NCBI GenBank assembly: GCA_049322915.1 | Contig: JBMOPW010000010.1 | Coordinates: 64,001 to 128,000, forward strand | Source: Candidatus Zhuqueibacterota bacterium | Lineage (GTDB): Bacteria; Zhuqueibacterota; Zhuqueibacteria; Thermofontimicrobiales; Thermofontimicrobiaceae | Direction of reading: 5' to 3' | Length of the DNA: 64,000 bases | Part shown: one piece after another, positions 58,395 to 64,000 of the stretch | Layout of the letters: every line of letters begins with the position of its first letter | Position numbering within the stretch: the first letter of the stretch is position 1 | Translations under genes and position numbers: made by a program | Notes under the pieces: model-generated | Told to the model about the DNA's origin: nothing | Seen by the model: only the letters and a program-made list of their open reading frames with translations | Databases searched by the model: none

Positions 58395-59600
58395 CTAAAA
58401 CTCCTGATTTGGAGGCAGCGTGTAATAAATTTTCAGTCTCGGCCGCAGGTCCGCGGGAGAGGCCGAGGAATGGATGGCAATGCGCGCCAGCGGATCCTGC
58501 TCATCTGTTGAGCGCAGCAGTAATCCGTAGTTATCGATTTTATGGCCAACCCATGCCTGTACCGCTGTCGTCACATCAAAGGTGAGCATGCTGTCCACCC
58601 AGGTGGCTGAATAGGATGTGGTTGCAGGAGATTCATCGACGACATCTTTCTCCCACGAATCGCCGTCCACGATGTACAAAATAGCATCGCTCGCGCCGTA
58701 GCTGTCACGCAGGGATGCGGATTCGTCAATGAACAGGTCCAGCAACGCGCGGCTCACGTGGGTCGTTGAATCCATTCCGTCAAAATTGAATTTCAGGAAA
58801 TTGCGGAACGCAAATCCTTTGCCGATGTAGAGAAGATCGGGATTCAGATTCAGGTCGGTTTCGCTATTCAGGTACAGCGACGCATCGATCTGAGCATACA
58901 CGACGGAACTATCCGGCGATTCACTCACAGTGTCCCCCTCGGTGTAAAAAATTTTCAATTGGGGAATGAGGTCAGAGTCCTGATTTTCCCAGGAATAGAA
59001 GCAGGTGAGATATTCCGCATCCGGACTGTCGATCCAGATGCCGTGGTTCTCAATGGGAGAGACTGAATCCACCCATTGATTTACGATGGTAGTGTCCAGG
59101 TCGATTTCAATGATTGTGGTGGAGTCCGACGTGAGCGTCACCGTCTGAAATGGTGTTTCACCGAAAGGATACTCGTACAGATAGAGTTCAGGTGCTTGTT
59201 CGTCATTCCAATCGCTTCGGGCATGGTAGAAGTTGGCGCTGAATTGACGCGATACATCCCAGTAGGAAGTATCCGCAGGGCCAATCCGGGAAAAGATAGT
59301 CAGGGTCAATTTGGCGGAGTAAATGAGCGAGCTGTCGGGCAGGCCTTCAAATTTCAAATACATCGCCGTGTGATAATTGTCGTACTTGCCCAATGTGAGC
59401 ACGGTGCTCGTTCCGGTATTCACATAGCGGCTGAACGATTGTTCCGTTCCCGCAGGCTGGTATAACGTAGTATCGGCGATTGTCCCTTCTTTGTCCCCGT
59501 AGATTTGTTCGTAAGCTGTGGAAAGTGGTTTTTCTTTTGAACAACTCATCAGAAAAATGATCATCCATACCAGTAACAAATGTGTCGTCAAACGTCTCAT
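58395..59600 (-). CDS. hypothetical lipoprotein (DUF4270/DNRLRE-like)
   Basis: ATG 59600 overlaps the hutI stop (ATGA); lipobox FLMSC; FDVTTAVQAWV...NYGLLL...RPRLKIYY. Confidence 0.7.
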   Translation of the reverse strand: MRRLTTHLLLVWMIIFLMSCSKEKPLSTAYEQIYGDKEGTIADTTLYQPAGTEQSFSRYVNTGTSTVLTLGKYDNYHTAMYLKFEGLPDSSLIYSAKLTLTIFSRIGPADTSYWDVSRQFSANFYHARSDWNDEQAPELYLYEYPFGETPFQTVTLTSDSTTIIEIDLDTTIVNQWVDSVSPIENHGIWIDSPDAEYLTCFYSWENQDSDLIPQLKIFYTEGDTVSESPDSSVVYAQIDASLYLNSETDLNLNPDLLYIGKGFAFRNFLKFNFDGMDSTTHVSRALLDLFIDESASLRDSYGASDAILYIVDGDSWEKDVVDESPATTSYSATWVDSMLTFDVTTAVQAWVGHKIDNYGLLLRSTDEQDPLARIAIHSSASPADLRPRLKIYYTLPPNQEF

Positions 59601-60874
59601 ACATGTCCTCTCAAGACTTGATCTTCGGATTTTTTCCAGACCACGTTCCCTTTCTTGATCACGCAGCCTGCATGATTGATACCAAAATGGTAAGGTAAAT
59701 ATTTGTAATTCGGAATATTCCATAGCACTATATCGGCCTGGCTTCCCGGAGCAAGCGTTCCAATGTGTCCTGACCGGTGAATGGCCCGGGCTGCATGCGC
59801 CGTTGCCGCCAGCCACACTTCTTCCGGCAGCATCTTCATGTAAATGCAGGCCAGGGTCATCATCATGGGCATGGATTGGGTCATACAACTGCCGGGATTG
59901 AAGTCGGTGGCAATGGCCGCCGGCAGGCCGGCGTCGATCATTTTTCGCGCCGGGGCGTAACGACCCAATCCCAGAAAGAAGACAGCCCCCGGCAACAGCA
60001 CCGGCACAGTGCCCGCTTGCCTGAACGCTTCAATCGCTGCATCGCTGATGTAATCGAGATGATCCGCGGATACAGCGCGCAATCTGGCGGCGATTTCCGA
60101 ACCACCGCTGGAACCGAGTTGGTCAGCATGTATCTTCAGCTTCAAGCCGGCGTCGCTGGCCGCTGTTAAAATTTTCTCTGTCTCGTGCCGATTGAAGACA
60201 TGGTCTTCGCAGAAGATGTCGCAGAACTCGGCCAATCCTTCTTCCGCGACTCTCGGGATCATTTCGTGAATGATCAGATCGATATATTCCTGGCGTTTAT
60301 CGCGATACTCGTCCGGGATTTCATGAGCGCCTAAAAACGTCGGGACAAGTTCCAGGGGGTGAAGCCGGTTCAACTCCCGGATCACCTGCAACGATTTGAT
60401 CTCATCGTCCAGAGAAAGTCCATAGCCGCTTTTCGCTTCGATGGTGGTTGTCCCGTGTTCTATGAACCGATCCAGGAACGGCAGGGCATGGTCGATGAGC
60501 TGCTGTTTCGATGCCTGGCGAACCTGTCGGACGCTGTAGCGAATTCCGCCGCCAGCCTGAGCGATGTCCTGGTAGGTCTTGCCGCGGATCCGTAGTTCGA
60601 ATTCGTTTTCCCGCGTGCCGAAAAATACCGGGTGCGTGTGCGGATCGACAAAGCCCGGCGCAACCACAGCGTTCTCCGCGTTGATGATGGTGGCGCGACT
60701 GGACACAGCAAACTGCTCGGCTATCGCGTCGAACAGGCCGACATAGACAATTTTCCCATTGGCGCAGCCGATAGAATTGCCCGGGCCGACACTCCATTCA
60801 ATCCTGCCTGAATGATCGGGCGGGGGAGAAATGATCTGGCGGGCATTTTTAACGATCAGATCAATTGAAACCAC
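59597..60874 (-). CDS. hutI: imidazolonepropionase
   Basis: PGFVDPHTH, GGGI, GTTTIEAKSGYGL, TFLGAH, DIFCE, KIHADQ, SADHL, ATDFNPG. Confidence 0.95.
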   Translation of the reverse strand: MVSIDLIVKNARQIISPPPDHSGRIEWSVGPGNSIGCANGKIVYVGLFDAIAEQFAVSSRATIINAENAVVAPGFVDPHTHPVFFGTRENEFELRIRGKTYQDIAQAGGGIRYSVRQVRQASKQQLIDHALPFLDRFIEHGTTTIEAKSGYGLSLDDEIKSLQVIRELNRLHPLELVPTFLGAHEIPDEYRDKRQEYIDLIIHEMIPRVAEEGLAEFCDIFCEDHVFNRHETEKILTAASDAGLKLKIHADQLGSSGGSEIAARLRAVSADHLDYISDAAIEAFRQAGTVPVLLPGAVFFLGLGRYAPARKMIDAGLPAAIATDFNPGSCMTQSMPMMMTLACIYMKMLPEEVWLAATAHAARAIHRSGHIGTLAPGSQADIVLWNIPNYKYLPYHFGINHAGCVIKKGNVVWKKSEDQVLRGHV

Positions 60875-61363
60875 GGATTATCATCCTTCATCTTGGTCAG
60901 AAACGTGGCAGACCGGAAATCAATTTTCTGTTCACTCATTTTTTTTACGCCATCGCAGACCTGGGCGCAACCACGAATAAAAGGCAATATAAGTAATTCG
61001 TAACAAAAAGCCAATAAAAATTTCAGTCGATTATTTTCCTGATTCAATCCCGGCCAGGATTCGTTCCGCGAACACGCTGATCAGTCGCCATGGGCTGGAG
61101 GATTTCAATGTCGCACTGCATGCAGGGATAGCAGCGACAGATACCTTACTTTAACTCATGGGGTACCAAAATGTTTCGGAGCGCGCCTGAGCCTGACGGT
61201 CGTAAAACACCCACGACTGGTTTTGAAAGTCCGGCGTGGATGCCCAGATTTCGAAACCGGCATGGGTATATTTTCAGCCTCGATTGCTGAACGCAGATGA
61301 TCCGGGACCGGCCAGACCTGACCGGTGAGTTAAGAATTTATTTCATATAGGGCAAGGTTTATA

Positions 61364-61392
61364 TTGACTTTTAAAATTTAATTTATTATTTT
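61364..61392 (+). promoter_or_regulatory. sigma-70-type promoter
   Basis: TTGACT-17 nt-TATTTT. Confidence 0.5.
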
Positions 61393-61494
61393 AACGGCTT
61401 AAAGTTTTTGGTTTTAACGGGCAGAATCGTTAAACAGCGATGGTTCGGATGGGGTGGGGAGACGCACCATTCCTGCGCCATTGGGGAGTTATCA

Positions 61495-61719
61495 ATGCCA
61501 ATTTACGAATATAGATGCCTTTCATGTACCAGGAAATTTGAAGAGTTGATTCGATCCGGCGAGAGAGACAGGGAGATCACATGTCCCGGGTGTTCAGGGA
61601 ATCGTGTCGAACGGGTGATGTCGGTATTTGGTTTTGCATCGGATGGGGTATCATCGGCCAGCGTACAGTCATCTTCGTGCGGCTCTTGCGCCGGAGGCCA
61701 TTGCTCGACGTGTCATTAA
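61495..61719 (+). CDS. FmdB-family zinc-ribbon protein
   Basis: MPIYEYRCLSC..KFEEL...CPGC...VERVMS; Cys-rich tail. Confidence 0.9.
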   Translation: MPIYEYRCLSCTRKFEELIRSGERDREITCPGCSGNRVERVMSVFGFASDGVSSASVQSSSCGSCAGGHCSTCH

Positions 61720-61768
61720 TACAGGCGGCCACACGGTTTACATCAACTCCGATTGAAGGAGACATACT

Positions 61769-62086
61769 TTGACAAAAAATGATATTGTAAATATTCTGGC
61801 CGAAGGCACCGGCCTGACCAAAGTGGAGACCGCCGCTGTTGTCGACGGCATGTTCGCCACGTTAAGTTACGCGCTGCAAAAAGGCGAGACCATCGACATC
61901 CGCGGTTTTGGTCGGTTCAAAGTCGTCCATCGCAAACAGCGCAAAGGACGCAATCCCAAGACCGGGGAAGAGGTTATCATCCCTGCGCGGAAGATGCCTG
62001 TCTTCCAGTGTTCCAAAGATTTGCGCGGGCAGGTGAATGAGCCGTTTGAAAAAGACGACCAGTTTGAACGGGTCGAATGGAAATGA
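61769..62086 (+). CDS. HU/IHF family DNA-binding protein
   Basis: MTKNDIV...IDIRGFGRF...RKGRNPKTGEEVIIPARKMPVF. Confidence 0.9.
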   Translation: MTKNDIVNILAEGTGLTKVETAAVVDGMFATLSYALQKGETIDIRGFGRFKVVHRKQRKGRNPKTGEEVIIPARKMPVFQCSKDLRGQVNEPFEKDDQFERVEWK

Positions 62087-62111
62087 GTGTGCAGCACCGC
62101 AGGTTTTTTGA

Positions 62112-62882
62112 ATGAAACTATTCGACCGCCTACAACGATTTGGAGTGACGGCGAGCGACAATCGATTGGATTACTGGAATTACCAGGTCCAGATTGGCCG
62201 CTATTATCATGAATATTTTGTGTCGCCCTATTCGGACGGGAAAAAGATATTGGATGTCGGCTGCGGTGAGGGCGGCGTTCTTTCCGTTTTTGAGAACCAG
62301 GGTTATGCCTGCACCGGCCTGGAATACAGCGCCGAGCGCGCGCAATTTGCGCGAAACGAGACGCGAGGCAAAAGTCCAATCATCCACGGCGATATTCAGC
62401 AGTTCTCCTCCAGCGAAAAATTCGATGTGATTCTCATTCTAGATGTGATCGAACACGTGCCGGACAAAGAGGCTGCGTTGAATAATATGATCCGGCTGCT
62501 GGCGCCGGGAGGAATCATCGTGGTCTCGTTTCCGCCGTTCCGTTCGCCCTTCGGTGGTCATCAACAGGTGATGCGGTCATGGCTGAAATTTGCGGTGTAC
62601 GTTCACCTGCTGGCCCGGCCGATGTATCGCTGGCTGCTGACCTACGTGGAAAAGCAACATATCGCCATGCACCTGAGCAATTACGATACCGGCGTCACGA
62701 TGAAACGATTTGAAGCGCTGGTTCAGCAGGCGCAGTTGCAGATCCTGAGAAAGGAGATGTATCTGGTCCGGCCGCGACAGGCGTTCCGATTCCATTTGAA
62801 AATTAGAAAATACCGACTTCGGTTCCTGCGGGAATTTCTCTGCTCAGGGATCGTGTACATTTTAAAACCACGCGAGACCTGA
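62112..62882 (+). CDS. class I SAM-dependent methyltransferase
   Basis: ILDVGCGEGG, FDVILILDVIEHV, LAPGG, FPP..SPFGGHQQ. Confidence 0.88.
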   Translation: MKLFDRLQRFGVTASDNRLDYWNYQVQIGRYYHEYFVSPYSDGKKILDVGCGEGGVLSVFENQGYACTGLEYSAERAQFARNETRGKSPIIHGDIQQFSSSEKFDVILILDVIEHVPDKEAALNNMIRLLAPGGIIVVSFPPFRSPFGGHQQVMRSWLKFAVYVHLLARPMYRWLLTYVEKQHIAMHLSNYDTGVTMKRFEALVQQAQLQILRKEMYLVRPRQAFRFHLKIRKYRLRFLREFLCSGIVYILKPRET

Positions 62883-62953
62883 TAGAAAAAGAACATAGAT
62901 AAACCAATTCGCTAACCTCAACAATGACTTATGATGGGAAAGGAGGTGGAATC

Positions 62954-63049
62954 ATGCCCAGTGGAAAAAAACGAAAACGACATAAGATAGCCACGCACAA
63001 GCGTAAAAAACGCTTAAGAAAAGATCGCCATAAAAAGAAAAACAGATAG
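62954..63049 (+). CDS. small basic AURKAIP1/COX24-domain protein (ribosomal bS22-type)
   Basis: Below the ORF-track cutoff. AGGAGG SD, then MPSGKKRKRHKIATHKRKKRLRKDRHKKKNR*. Confidence 0.88.
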   Translation: MPSGKKRKRHKIATHKRKKRLRKDRHKKKNR

Positions 63050-63138
63050 TCCTAACATCTTTTTTTCATAAAGAGGAGATAGTATTAGACTTGATCTCTA
63101 TCGTGGTGGGGTGTTTAGTTGATTTTGCGGGATAAGAA

Positions 63139-64000
63139 ATGGATCGAAAGAAAAAGACAATTCTCCTGATCGATGATGAATTGACCATGCATTCCCTGGC
63201 CAGGGCATTTTTAGAAAATGCCGGATATCATGTGATTTCGGCCTACGATGGTCAGCAGGGATTAGAGATGATTTTGAAATATAAACCGGACCTGGTCCTG
63301 CTGGATTATATGATGCCAAAAATGTATGGAGATCAAGTCTATTCACAACTGCTAACAAATTCCCGTTTCGAAGAAGTGGCGCACACGCCCGTGATTGTTT
63401 TGACAGCCAGAGACACCGATCATTCATTGCGAAATCGGTTTCTGGAAGGCGGCGTGGGCGCATATCTTCAAAAACCATTTGGTCTTCGGGAACTGCTGAA
63501 CATCATCGAAAACGTCTTCATCGTCGATGAGATCAAGCGGAAAAATCTCCAACTCCAGGACGATCTGTTTCGGACCCGCGAATATCTGGAATCGCTGTTT
63601 CAAAATATTCCCATCGGCATCCTTTCCGCCGACAGGAATGGTACGATTCTGCGGGTCAATTCCAATCTTGCAGCAATTCTGGGAGAACATCCCGGCCGTA
63701 CCATCACCGGTGGAAATTTATTGTCCCAGGATCTCTTTCAACAACCCGAACTCACCTCAAAATTCAAACAGACATTAGAGAACGGAAAAAATTTTCAGAC
63801 CGAACCATTCGAGTTTCATGCAACCGCGGATCGAAGGGTTCGGTTGATTATTTCCGGGGTCCCGCTACGAACGCGGGATTCCCAGGATATCTCCGGGCTG
63901 ATTCTGATTGTTCAGGACGTAACGATGCTTTTCCGGCGCGAACATGAAATGTCCATGCTCAGTCATATCAGTCATTTCATGCAGGAAATTGCCGGCCTGG
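63139..64000 (+). CDS. receiver + PAS signalling protein, probably a hybrid sensor kinase (3' end runs off the window)
   Basis: Manual translation MDRKKKTILLIDDE...PDLVLLDYMMPKMYG...VIVLTA...YLQKPF, then PAS LESLFQNIPIGILSADRNG.ILRVN...LIVQDVT. Confidence 0.85.
   Translation, partial: MDRKKKTILLIDDELTMHSLARAFLENAGYHVISAYDGQQGLEMILKYKPDLVLLDYMMPKMYGDQVYSQLLTNSRFEEVAHTPVIVLTARDTDHSLRNRFLEGGVGAYLQKPFGLRELLNIIENVFIVDEIKRKNLQLQDDLFRTREYLESLFQNIPIGILSADRNGTILRVNSNLAAILGEHPGRTITGGNLLSQDLFQQPELTSKFKQTLENGKNFQTEPFEFHATADRRVRLIISGVPLRTRDSQDISGLILIVQDVTMLFRREHEMSMLSHISHFMQEIAGL

Overview
Bacterial chromosomal window of mostly core and metabolic genes; no rRNA, tRNA, CRISPR array, prophage or intact transposase was recognised. 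The lineage is probably FCB-related (KSB1/Calditrichota/Ignavibacteria-like); this is an inference from the small basic bS22-type protein and the gene content. The left part (1-29 kb) is an accessory-looking mix: flavin enzymes, an Fe-S (6-4) photolyase, an atypical Fpg, secreted hydrolases and peptidases, small hypotheticals, and three copies of a 161-bp IS1380-like MITE. The right part holds rnr, hup, Fe-S scaffold genes, a sigma-70 factor, nfo, lpdA, lipA, a Lon-like protease, ychF and a long minus-strand run (hutI ... rpiB-glyA-nrdR-rnfC-rnfD-rnfA-tatC-nadA-PHP). The most notable observation is a reduced Rnf locus. rnfG and rnfB are absent from the locus and rnfE survives only as a decayed C-terminal relic. 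RnfC has lost its NADH/FMN-binding motif but keeps both [4Fe-4S] motifs, RnfA has lost both [2Fe-2S] cysteines, and RnfD looks intact. The retained cofactor sites would form one contiguous transmembrane electron wire, suggesting either a repurposed minimal module or ongoing decay. Other points of interest are two further MITE-like elements carrying REP-type palindromes, an orphan promoter-terminator unit after rnr (candidate sRNA) and a lone 2TM + DUF5919-like gene. All family calls come from motif recognition by eye, not database searches.
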